Below, in pieces: positions 1-8,093 of a DNA stretch of 32,000 nucleotides (its first letter is position 1; every line of letters starts with the position of its first letter). The notes under the pieces were generated by a model. That model was not told the origin of the DNA and ran no database searches. It saw only the letters and a program-made list of their open reading frames with translations. A program made the position numbers and the translations under genes. Source of the DNA: Desulfobulbus propionicus DSM 2032 (GTDB lineage: Bacteria > Desulfobacterota > Desulfobulbia > Desulfobulbales > Desulfobulbaceae); the NCBI RefSeq assembly GCF_000186885.1, contig NC_014972.1, forward strand, positions 600,001 through 632,000, given 5' to 3'.

Positions 1-85
1 ATAATTTTATGAAGATAATTTTCCACAGGGTCCGCCCGACCGTCATCTGGCGAAAGCCATCGCGGTAAAAACGATAGACGCGCAC
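1..85 (-). CDS. 5' end of a small DUF4492-like membrane protein (the short ORF that commonly precedes cydAB); continues off the window
   Basis: Absent from the ORF track because no stop lies in the window. A minus-strand GTG at 85..83 opens MRVYRFYRDGFRQMTVGRTLWKIIFIKL. This matches my recollection of the conserved Y-x-DGFR-x-MT-x-G-x-x-LW-x-II-x-IKLF core of DUF4492. It lies 32 nt downstream of the Rrf2 stop. There is no clear SD, and a competing ATG at 95 in another frame gives a peptide that does not look membrane-like. Confidence 0.4.
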   Translation of the reverse strand, partial: MRVYRFYRDGFRQMTVGRTLWKIIFIKL

Positions 86-117
86 TGGCAGCCATGGCCG
101 ATCGCCCGGTGGGCCGC

Positions 118-597
118 TCATTGCAGATCCTCATGGGCAGTGGCATCGTGCCCTTTTGGTTCAAGCAGCATGTCGGCAAAGGCGGGGAGACAGGTGGAGT
201 CGGCGCTCAGCTGGTCAAAGTTGACCCGGCGCAGGGTGTCGCGCAACTGGTCGCGGGCGTCCAGCCACACCCGGTGGACGGCACAGTACCGCTGAGCTTT
301 GCAGGCGGCCGGGCGGGCAACGCAGTCATTGAGATAGATTTCGCCGATCATGATTTCCACCACCTCCAGCAGGGAGATGGCCGCAGGGTGACGGTTGAGG
401 ACCAATCCCCCCCGCGCCCCCTGGCGAATTTCGATCAGGCCGGTTTTGGCGAGATCCTGGGCAATCTTGGCAAGAAAATTCGGGGGGATATCCGCTTGGG
501 CGGCAATCTCCTGGCGACTGGTCAGGACGCCCTGTCCTTGTCGGGACAGATAGATCATGCAGCGGATGGCGTATTCGGCGGCTCGGGTTAAACGCAT
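118..597 (-). CDS. Rrf2-family (IscR/NsrR-like) transcriptional regulator with Fe-S ligand motif
   Basis: ORF 118..669 trimmed to the ATG at 597. MRLTRAAEYAIRCMIYLSR...IPPNFLAKIAQDLAKTGLI is the canonical Rrf2 winged-HTH N-terminus. CVARPAACKAQRYCAVH gives Cx7Cx5Cx2H, a three-Cys-plus-His cluster ligand set like IscR. Confidence 0.9.
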   Translation of the reverse strand: MRLTRAAEYAIRCMIYLSRQGQGVLTSRQEIAAQADIPPNFLAKIAQDLAKTGLIEIRQGARGGLVLNRHPAAISLLEVVEIMIGEIYLNDCVARPAACKAQRYCAVHRVWLDARDQLRDTLRRVNFDQLSADSTCLPAFADMLLEPKGHDATAHEDLQ

Positions 598-634
598 GGT
601 TTGTTGAATGAGACAAATAGGATGAATAAAGTCC

Positions 635-663
635 TGTATAGGGAAATTAGGGTGGGGTGTCAA
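635..663 (-). promoter_or_regulatory. Candidate sigma70 promoter for the Rrf2 gene
   Basis: On the minus strand: TTGACA (663..658), a 17-nt spacer, then TATACA (640..635), ending 38 nt upstream of the ATG at 597. The palindrome GCAAATTGC sits just upstream (about 666..674). Confidence 0.45.
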
Positions 664-762
664 CAGCAAATTGCGGAATTGAATAAGGAAAAATGGGAGC
701 GATGCGCTGGGTGCCGTTGGCAGAGGCTGGCTCCGATATGGCGCGTCACCGGAGGGGGTATC

Positions 763-3700
763 TCAGGCGGTATAGGACAGTCCTTGTTTTTTCGCCATTT
801 TTTCCCGGATCTTGCCCATCTCGGCCATGTCATGGAGATAGGTGTCGGATCGGTCGAGGTAAAAGGAGAGGGCCTTGGCAAAGTTTCTCCCCACCAGACC
901 GTCAACGAAAACCTGGCTGATTTCCCGATGGCGGTTAAGCACCAACTGCGAACGGTGAAAGATCAGCCATTCCTCGGTGGACATGGTGGCGGCGATCTGC
1001 TGCAAGGCTTTACGGGAGCGCGGCTGAAACATCCAAATGTACATCAGGTCCAGGGCATTGACGATGATGACCTTTTCCAGCTCGCGGGCCTCGTCATGGA
1101 TGGCGGCGATCAAAATTTTCGGATCCTGCAACAGATCCAGCACATCCTCTTCCGGAAAGAGCACGTCCAAACGGGCGAAGACCGAAAACAGCTGGGAAAT
1201 CTTGTCCCGATAGTCGATCAGCCGGATGCGAATGTTGTTCTGCCGGTCGGCCAACCCCTCGATCACTGCGGCCACGCAGTCTGAAGCCAGTTTGGAGATC
1301 ACCGCCGCCCATTTCTGCAGCCCGTCTTCGACCCCTGGGACGTTGGCCATGTGCAACCCCATGGCCAACGTATCGTTGAACAGGATGGCCAGGGGAATGG
1401 AGAGAAGCGATCTGAACAGGTTGCCGACGGCGGCGCTGCGGGGAAGACCGCGAAGGATGTTATGGGTGGAAATGTAGATGCCGTTGGCCAGGGCCATCAC
1501 CGAATAGAGTGCCAGCGGACTGGTTGAGGTGGTGACGCCCAGGTGTTGCTGCAAGAATAGTGTCTTGACCAGATAATCGAGCAGCGGCACGGAAAAGCCG
1601 GTGAAAAAAAGGGAGTCGGCGATCCTGCTCCAACTGACCAGCGAGTTCCAGGGCAAAAGCGGCGAACGCTTGAGTCCGCCACCGCCGAGGATCGATTGGA
1701 TGATGTTGCGTATGCCAGTGATGCCGAACCAGATGAAGGCCCCGAGATAGGCCAGCACCCACCAATCCTTGGTCAAGCTGAAGGTGAGGAAGGCGGGAAT
1801 GAAACCGGCCAGCACCTTGAGGGTGTTGCGCAGATGGGAGTTGAGATAGCGGAAGGGTTGGCCGATCTTTTCACTGTTGACGGACAGCTCCGGATGAATC
1901 TCCACCCTGGGGCTGCGACGGATCCCCCCCAAGGTACCGATGTTGCCATCGATTCCCGGATGGATCTCGAAGCGGTCAAGGGTCCAGTCGTGCCAGGTTT
2001 GGGTTCCGTTGCGGCGAAGTCCGGGGAGACGATGAAGTGCCCGGCGGTGCCAGGGCACGGAGACCGGATCGCTGCCGCGAACATGCTGATGGCTGATCAT
2101 CCGGGCGGTGACCGGAATGAGTTTTCGCTGCCCTGCCCGGTGCTCGCGGAGGACCGTGCGCACCGCCCGCGGCGGCAGGGTGTCGAGCGCCACCAATCCC
2201 ATGCCGTATTGCAGCTGCGACTGGCCGGTTGAACCGGAGCCAATGCGGGAGCCGAGATAACGCTTGTTGTAGTGGTTATGAAAGGATTCGATGTTGAGCA
2301 AAATGTCGAGCAACGCGGTTTTGCGCCGGTTCATTGCCTCGCATTCAGCCCGTAGTTTGGTGTTGTCCTCGGGCGGTGTTTTCTCCCGGCTCTCTTCGAG
2401 CCTTTTTTCAACCAGCAGGCGGGTGCGTTCAAAATCCCAGATGATCGAGCGGATCGCCCGTTTGAGGGAGATGACGTTGTCCTCGTTGAGCGCCTTCTGC
2501 AAGGCATTGATCAGCTGGTAGTTGCGGGCCGGGCTGGTGATATCCACCGCTTCGCCGGCAAAACCGCTGTCCTTGACCGAGGCGAGGGCTGTCATGCCGT
2601 GGGCCGAATCCTTGAGGTTGAAGGATTCGATATGGGTGATGCGGCCTTCGCAGACAAAGAGCAGCTCCAAGGTGTCCTGAATGGTGAGGTTGCTGAGATT
2701 GAGGGTGAAACGGGAGCCGGAATGCATTGAGGCCAAACGAGCCAGCAGTTCGGGCGGCGAGAGATTCAGCAGCGGCGGCATTCCTTGCTCGTGGGGGACC
2801 GTGGGGTCATGCAGGCCGGGGTTGCGGTACGGCTGGAGAAAGCGGTTGATCAGGCTTTCCAGGCCAAGAAGCTGCATCTTGCGGGAACAATGGAGCAGCA
2901 ATTCTTCCCGTTTTTTCACGTCACCGGAGTGATGCGCATGGATCTCGAGGACTTCGGCATCGAGCAGGGTATGGTACTGGTTCTGGATGAACTTGGCCAA
3001 ATGGAGCAGGGACGGTTGGCCGGTGCCGACAAAGTGAAGAAAGTCGGCCAGGTGCAAGGGAGTGCTTTCCAGGCCGAGTTCCTCATCCAGGGTCAGCCGG
3101 TGCTTGGTGTTGAACTCATTGAACACGTCAAGCACATAGTGTTGCTGATAGAGAGAAACTTGGCGGCCCTGTTCCATCATCTCGGCCACCGATTTCTCCT
3201 GGAGAAACTGCAACAGGTTGTTGGTGTCGAAAAATCCCTCCAATTCCCAGATAAAACGGACGAACTTATCGCGAAACCGCGCGGACAGCTCAATGCCGAT
3301 ACGCACATGGATATCAAGGATGGCGCCGGCCTCCAGCAACTCTTCCACCACTTCACGCTCGACATGGTTGTAATAGACCACGGTCAGCTTGCGGATGCCC
3401 TTGATCCAGGCATCCATCAGCAGGTGGGTCGGCGATTTCCGGCCCTTGGTGTTGGCATCGTGGACATGGTCGTCGAAGGCGAACTGGTTCCATTCCTCCG
3501 GCATTTCAAGCAGATGATATTTGGCCAGTTCCTCGCGGACCCTGCGGGGTTTGCCGGTATAGACCATGCGAAAATCATGGGCCAGTTTCAGCTGCCGCAG
3601 CTGATTGCCCTCACTACGCACCAGCTCCTTCATGATCTGCACCAGTACCCGAGCGGTATTCTTGTGATAGAAACTGGTGGCGGAGCTGAACACTTCCTCG

Positions 3701-3954
3701 CGCAGGCTGCGCAGGGCGGCGATACGATCTTGGGCCTTGCCTGCCTCGAGCGAGCCCAGCAGGCTGACAATGGCATAGGCGATCCGCAGACCGCTGGGGG
3801 CGGCCATCTCCTTGATGCCGTGCGGATGCATGTAGGGCGCCATCAGGGAACTCAGCGATTGCGGTCGGCTGCCCCGCTTGAGAACATCGTTGACGATGCT
3901 GAGCAACTTGTAGTCGTTGCGGTCGAAAAACAGCCGTGACGGCCTTTGATTCAT
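763..3954 (-). CDS. Large uncharacterised inner-membrane protein (1063 aa): about 700-aa soluble N-terminal region, about 5 TM helices, about 190-aa C-terminal region
   Basis: Uninterrupted 3.2-kb ORF with an ATG at 3954 preceded by GGAGAG. Hydrophobic helices are encoded around 1330..1810 (VLAGFIPAFLTFSL, WWVLAYLGAFIWFGITGI, LFFTGFSVPLLDYLV, LALYSVMALANGIYI, LFRSLLSIPLAILFNDTLAMGL). I recognise no catalytic motif and found no P-loop or HKD motif. Coding quality is clearly better than the antisense ORFs that overlap it. Confidence 0.85.
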   Translation of the reverse strand: MNQRPSRLFFDRNDYKLLSIVNDVLKRGSRPQSLSSLMAPYMHPHGIKEMAAPSGLRIAYAIVSLLGSLEAGKAQDRIAALRSLREEVFSSATSFYHKNTARVLVQIMKELVRSEGNQLRQLKLAHDFRMVYTGKPRRVREELAKYHLLEMPEEWNQFAFDDHVHDANTKGRKSPTHLLMDAWIKGIRKLTVVYYNHVEREVVEELLEAGAILDIHVRIGIELSARFRDKFVRFIWELEGFFDTNNLLQFLQEKSVAEMMEQGRQVSLYQQHYVLDVFNEFNTKHRLTLDEELGLESTPLHLADFLHFVGTGQPSLLHLAKFIQNQYHTLLDAEVLEIHAHHSGDVKKREELLLHCSRKMQLLGLESLINRFLQPYRNPGLHDPTVPHEQGMPPLLNLSPPELLARLASMHSGSRFTLNLSNLTIQDTLELLFVCEGRITHIESFNLKDSAHGMTALASVKDSGFAGEAVDITSPARNYQLINALQKALNEDNVISLKRAIRSIIWDFERTRLLVEKRLEESREKTPPEDNTKLRAECEAMNRRKTALLDILLNIESFHNHYNKRYLGSRIGSGSTGQSQLQYGMGLVALDTLPPRAVRTVLREHRAGQRKLIPVTARMISHQHVRGSDPVSVPWHRRALHRLPGLRRNGTQTWHDWTLDRFEIHPGIDGNIGTLGGIRRSPRVEIHPELSVNSEKIGQPFRYLNSHLRNTLKVLAGFIPAFLTFSLTKDWWVLAYLGAFIWFGITGIRNIIQSILGGGGLKRSPLLPWNSLVSWSRIADSLFFTGFSVPLLDYLVKTLFLQQHLGVTTSTSPLALYSVMALANGIYISTHNILRGLPRSAAVGNLFRSLLSIPLAILFNDTLAMGLHMANVPGVEDGLQKWAAVISKLASDCVAAVIEGLADRQNNIRIRLIDYRDKISQLFSVFARLDVLFPEEDVLDLLQDPKILIAAIHDEARELEKVIIVNALDLMYIWMFQPRSRKALQQIAATMSTEEWLIFHRSQLVLNRHREISQVFVDGLVGRNFAKALSFYLDRSDTYLHDMAEMGKIREKMAKKQGLSYTA

Positions 3955-4107
3955 GGCTGACAGCTCTCCATGGTCGCTGGTTGTGTTCTCGGGAAATAGT
4001 GACCCATGGCGGCCATTATATATGTAAAGGCGGAAAAAGAGAAAGAGGCTTGGCAGGCTTCATCGGGAAAAGATCACCCAAAGACGGGGTCAGCGCATGG
4101 TCCGTGC

Positions 4108-7053
4108 TCAAGATCGACCGTGTTCCGCCAACAGGTAGCGAAGGATATCGGCGTCGGAAACCGGACGGGAAAAGTAATATCCCTGGGCTTCATGGCATCC
4201 CATGGCGCCTAGGCCGAGCAATTGTTCTTCGGTTTCCACGCCTTCGGCCACCACATTGAGATGCATCTGTTGGCTGATGGCGATGATGGTGGCGATGATG
4301 CCGCTATTGGCGTCGAGATTGTCGACAAATTGCTTGTCGATTTTCAGGGTATTGACCGGCATCTTGTTCAGCGAGCCCAACGACGAGTAGCCGGTTCCAA
4401 AATCGTCGATCGAGAAAAGAATGCCGAGTTCTCGCAGCCGGGACATGACCGCGAGCGTGTGCTCGACATCCTTCATTGCCGTGGTTTCGGTGATTTCGAA
4501 TTCCAGATAGTGAGGGGCGACCTGATAACGGCCGAGCAGGTCCTCGACCAGGTCGACGAAATCGGCGTTATGGAATTGGCGCGGCGAGATGTTGACGCTC
4601 ACCGGCACGGCGATATCCTGCTCCTTCATGACCACGTGAAAGGCACAAGTCTCTTCCAGGACAAAGAGACAAATATCGTCGATCAGGCTCGATTCCTCGG
4701 CGATGGGGATAAAGACGCTGGGGCTGATCAGCTTGCCCCCTTTGTTCCAGCGGATCAGGGCTTCCAGGGATGAAGTCTTGCGGGTGTCGATGTTGACCTT
4801 GGGCTGATAATGGACCACAAATTCCCGATGCAGCAGGCCAAAGCGGATACCGTTTTCGGTTCGGAATTTTTCGTAGAGCTCCTGGTGCATGCCCTTGGTG
4901 AATAGCACGTAACGGTTTTTTCCCTCGCGCTTGGCCCGGTGCATCGCCATGTCGGCGCTGCGGATCATTTCCATGGCCGTGTCACCATCGTCCGGATACA
5001 CCGAAATGCCGATGCTCGCGTTCACATAGATCTTTTTGAATTCGAGCAGAAACGGTTTTTTCAATACCGCCTGGATGCGGTTGGCCATCAGGTAGATAAA
5101 GGACTCGTTGTCGATCCGTTCCATGAGGAGAATGAATTCATCGCTGCCAAGGCGGCAGAGGGTGTGGGCACCGCCCAGAATCGAGGAAAGCCGTTGGCTG
5201 ACCTGAAGCAGCAGGTCATCGCCCTGATGGTGTCCGAAGACATCGTTGATGTTTTTGAAATTGTCGAGATCGATGAAAAAGACCGCCATTCGTCCGCCTT
5301 GCTGCTTGGCGTCGTGAATGGTCTTGGCCAGTTTGCGCTCCAGGAAGGCGCGGTTAGGCAGGCGGGTGAGGATATCGTGGTAGGCCATGAAGGCGATTTG
5401 CTTTTCCCGTTTCTTAAGTTCGCCGATCTCATAGAATGTGGCGAAATAATACAAAATCTGTTTGCGTTCGTTCCGGATGCTATTGATGGTCAACCATTCG
5501 GGATAGACGGTACCGTCCTTCTTTTTGTTCCAGATTTCGCCTTCCCAAGAACCTTTGCCGATCAGGCTCTGCCACATTTGGCGAAAAAAATCGGCATCAT
5601 GCTGGTCTGATTTGAGCATGCTGGGGTTCCGGCCGATGGCCTCGTGCGCCTCGTAGCCGGTGATGGTGGTGAAGGCGTCGTTGACCGCGAGAATCTTGCC
5701 GGTTTGGTCGGTGATGAAGATGCCCTCGGTGGCGTTGTCAAAAATGCGCTTGTAGATTTGTAGAAAATTTTCGGCACTTTTGCGAAAGTGAATTTCGGCG
5801 TTCAGCTTGTCGTTCGTTTGCTGGAGTTGTTCCACATACTGTTGAAATCGCGAGACGAGGAAGGTCGTTTCACAGCCTCCTTGGTAGTCTGTGCCGTCTT
5901 GCTCCGGCAGGTGCAGCTGCATGGCGAAGCGTCGCAGTGGCGCGGCCAGCAGTCGGCTCATGAAAAACGCCACCCCGACGGCCAGCAGGGCCGCTGCCAG
6001 GCTGACCAAGACAACCACATTGCGGCTCGACATCAGGCCGGCGTACGCTTCGGCCGTGTAGGTCGTCACGCCGATGATCAGGCCAAACTGGGGGATCCGC
6101 CTAAAAAAGAGGATTTTCTCCCGTTCATCCTGTTCACCCGGGTTTTTCCACAAGTACTTGACCATGCGGGTGTTGCCGGTGCCGGCGCGGGCGATGATTT
6201 TTTGTATCTGCTCAGCGAATCGTGGTTTGTCTGCATCGCTCAAATGCGGGTGGACGAGAAACTCTCCCTGTTGATTGAGGATGATGGCATAGCCTGAGCG
6301 ACCATATTTGAAAGCGGCGATGCGCTGTTCGATCACCTTGAAATCGATGATGCTTTGAAACTCTTCACGATAGCAGCAGACGGAAATAATCCAGTCCCAC
6401 GGTTTGAAATGGACCATGTAGAGGGCTTTGGGACGGAATGTCTTTTCATCCGGATTTTTCCATACGTATTCCATGTATCCGGTTTTTTTTGTTATTTGCT
6501 CGGTAATGAAGGACCAGGCCGGGCTGTATGTCTCCATCTTGAGGATGGGTTTTCCTTCCAGGTCACTGTTGGGATGAAATTGGAACACTCCCTGTGAGTT
6601 AAGAATGGAGATGTATCCGGATCGTCCGATCTGCTGGGAACGCAAAATGGCGGTTACCGCCATTTTCGCCATATTTTCACTCAATTCCCCGGTCAGCTGT
6701 TTTTGATGATAATTTTTGATGATCTCTAGATTTTTCTCAGCGATGGCACGCAGATAACTTTGGATGGAACTGTTGACGGTTAACTCGATCATGTCAACAA
6801 TCGATGAGCCGGCCGCTTCCATGCCTTCTTCAATCGTGGCGTTGAGTTGAGTGAAGGTAAAGTGCAGAATGAAAGCGAAGATGCCCAACAGCGGTGCGAT
6901 AAGCAGAAAAATGTTGCCGACAAAGATTTTTTTCCCGATGGACCACTTGCTCAGGAAGCGTGCCAGGTTTGTCGGAGGGTGAGGGGAAATCATGCTGCCG
7001 TTCTCTCGCTGTGCGAACAGGAATTGTCGAGTCTCTCGGGTGGGGTGAGACAA
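4108..7053 (-). CDS. Membrane c-di-GMP signalling protein: periplasmic double-Cache sensor, PAS, degenerate GGDEF (GSDEF), EAL phosphodiesterase
   Basis: Two TM helices (IFVGNIFLLIAPLLGIFAFILHF and VVVLVSLAAALLAVGVAFFM) flank an approximately 280-aa Cache-like region. The PAS segment reads FDNATEGIFITDQTGKILAVNDAFTTITGYEAHEAIGRNP. The GGDEF domain carries RLGSDEF. The EAL domain has EALIRW, DDFGTGYSSL and AEGVETEEQ. The TTG start at 7053 is preceded by GGGAGA with 4-5 nt spacing. An alternative ATG at 6993 has a weaker SD. Confidence 0.9.
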   Translation of the reverse strand: MSHPTRETRQFLFAQRENGSMISPHPPTNLARFLSKWSIGKKIFVGNIFLLIAPLLGIFAFILHFTFTQLNATIEEGMEAAGSSIVDMIELTVNSSIQSYLRAIAEKNLEIIKNYHQKQLTGELSENMAKMAVTAILRSQQIGRSGYISILNSQGVFQFHPNSDLEGKPILKMETYSPAWSFITEQITKKTGYMEYVWKNPDEKTFRPKALYMVHFKPWDWIISVCCYREEFQSIIDFKVIEQRIAAFKYGRSGYAIILNQQGEFLVHPHLSDADKPRFAEQIQKIIARAGTGNTRMVKYLWKNPGEQDEREKILFFRRIPQFGLIIGVTTYTAEAYAGLMSSRNVVVLVSLAAALLAVGVAFFMSRLLAAPLRRFAMQLHLPEQDGTDYQGGCETTFLVSRFQQYVEQLQQTNDKLNAEIHFRKSAENFLQIYKRIFDNATEGIFITDQTGKILAVNDAFTTITGYEAHEAIGRNPSMLKSDQHDADFFRQMWQSLIGKGSWEGEIWNKKKDGTVYPEWLTINSIRNERKQILYYFATFYEIGELKKREKQIAFMAYHDILTRLPNRAFLERKLAKTIHDAKQQGGRMAVFFIDLDNFKNINDVFGHHQGDDLLLQVSQRLSSILGGAHTLCRLGSDEFILLMERIDNESFIYLMANRIQAVLKKPFLLEFKKIYVNASIGISVYPDDGDTAMEMIRSADMAMHRAKREGKNRYVLFTKGMHQELYEKFRTENGIRFGLLHREFVVHYQPKVNIDTRKTSSLEALIRWNKGGKLISPSVFIPIAEESSLIDDICLFVLEETCAFHVVMKEQDIAVPVSVNISPRQFHNADFVDLVEDLLGRYQVAPHYLEFEITETTAMKDVEHTLAVMSRLRELGILFSIDDFGTGYSSLGSLNKMPVNTLKIDKQFVDNLDANSGIIATIIAISQQMHLNVVAEGVETEEQLLGLGAMGCHEAQGYYFSRPVSDADILRYLLAEHGRS

Positions 7054-7287
7054 CGTTTCTCCCTATCCGAATAGGGAAGGGGAGCCACATTTTGAATTTT
7101 AATGTAGCGCACTCCTTGTGCGCTGCAAAATCATATTTGCGGCAAGAAAACAGGAGAAGCAGGAGGACTGGTGGAAGGCACCGGTGATCGTGGGGAGCGT
7201 TAGCTGAGGCTAAAGTATATTGCCGCTGTAATGCATTGAAAACATGTAATATTTTTTTTATTGTCAAGGGTTTGTTGGCGCAAATCC

Positions 7288-7316
7288 TTGACAAAAGGCA
7301 TTTCGCACATTTTAAT
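7288..7316 (+). promoter_or_regulatory. Candidate sigma70 promoter for the YcbK/MepK-like gene
   Basis: TTGACA (7288..7293), a 17-nt spacer, then TTTAAT (7311..7316), inside a markedly AT-rich intergenic region about 87 nt upstream of the ATG at 7403. The -35 element is the right arm of a 9-bp inverted repeat (see findings). Confidence 0.45.
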
Positions 7317-7402
7317 AGGGACCAATTTTGGCTGCAACCACTCAGAGTGGGCGCTTTTTTGTCTAAAGGACAAACAAGATAAACCCTTGAACAAAGAGGA
7401 TA

Positions 7403-7969
7403 ATGGTTACAGATAAAAGTCTCGATCCACAATTGTCCCGTCGCTCTTTTCTTTGCAAATCAACACAAATCGCTCTTGGCTTGGGTGTGGTTTCCGTCCC
7501 AAGTATCAGTTGCGCCAAGGCGCTGGGCAAGCGGTCCCTGTCCTTTGTTCATACCCGCACCCAGCAGGAATTGACGCTGACTTATGCCTGGGGACAGGCA
7601 TACAATCCAAGGGCCCTGGCGCAGATCAGCCAATTTCTGCGCGATTACCAAACCGGTCAGACCCATCCCATCGATCCCAAGCTTCTTGATATTCTCTGGG
7701 CCATCCAGGGGGAGATGGGGCGAAAGGGGGTCTACGAGGTGATTTCCGGTTTCCGTTCGCCGCAAACGAACCGCAAACTGCGGCGCACCAGCAGTGGCGT
7801 GGCTGGTCACAGTCTGCACATGCAAGGCAAGGCCGTCGATATCCGTTTTCCAGGAATCGATACCGACCAAATCCATCAATGCGCTGTTGAAATGCGCACC
7901 GGAGGCGTGGGTTATTATGCCAAGGCCGATTTTGTCCACTTGGACTCCGGGCAGTATCGGACTTGGTAG
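7403..7969 (+). CDS. mepK: Tat-exported DUF882 / peptidase M15 family protein (YcbK/MepK-like murein endopeptidase)
   Basis: Twin-arginine signal LSRRSFLCKS...CAKA. The body parallels E. coli YcbK: FLRDYQTGQTHPIDPKLLDIL, ISGFRSPQTNRKLR, HSLHMQGKAVDI, GGVGYY..ADFVHLDSG. An AGAGGA SD lies 5 nt before the ATG. Confidence 0.85.
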   Translation: MVTDKSLDPQLSRRSFLCKSTQIALGLGVVSVPSISCAKALGKRSLSFVHTRTQQELTLTYAWGQAYNPRALAQISQFLRDYQTGQTHPIDPKLLDILWAIQGEMGRKGVYEVISGFRSPQTNRKLRRTSSGVAGHSLHMQGKAVDIRFPGIDTDQIHQCAVEMRTGGVGYYAKADFVHLDSGQYRTW

Positions 7970-8093
7970 GTGAGTGTGGCCCCGCCCGGGGAACGCGATT
8001 GACCTCAAACACGTGGCGGTAGTTCTGAAAACCGTCACGCGGCCTTGATGTGCTCGTTCTTTTTCTCCACAAGACGCGGATCGGGAGAGTATC

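Noticed and set aside
598-669. 24-codon N-terminal extension of the Rrf2 ORF
   Set aside because: Rrf2 proteins begin directly with M(R/K)L(T/S)...YA(I/L)R. The extension would also cover the predicted -10 and -35 promoter elements.
2785-3939. 384-aa plus-strand ORF opposite the 1063-aa gene (and similar ones at 1696..2232 and 601..1284)
   Set aside because: Low-complexity shadow frames. The minus-strand ORF is uninterrupted for 3.2 kb and has a coherent soluble, TM, soluble organisation.
7276-7291. Sigma54-like TGGCGC...CTTGA string in the AT-rich intergenic region
   Set aside because: The spacing and the -12 element do not fit TGGCAC-N5-TTGC(A/T). The GC dinucleotide of the -12 box is missing, and no enhancer-binding protein gene is nearby.
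7200-7394. 64-aa minus-strand ORF (and other 60-80-aa ORFs) in the 7054..7402 spacer
   Set aside because: It has no SD, sits in AT-rich promoter DNA, has an odd composition, and overlaps the predicted promoter and operator elements.
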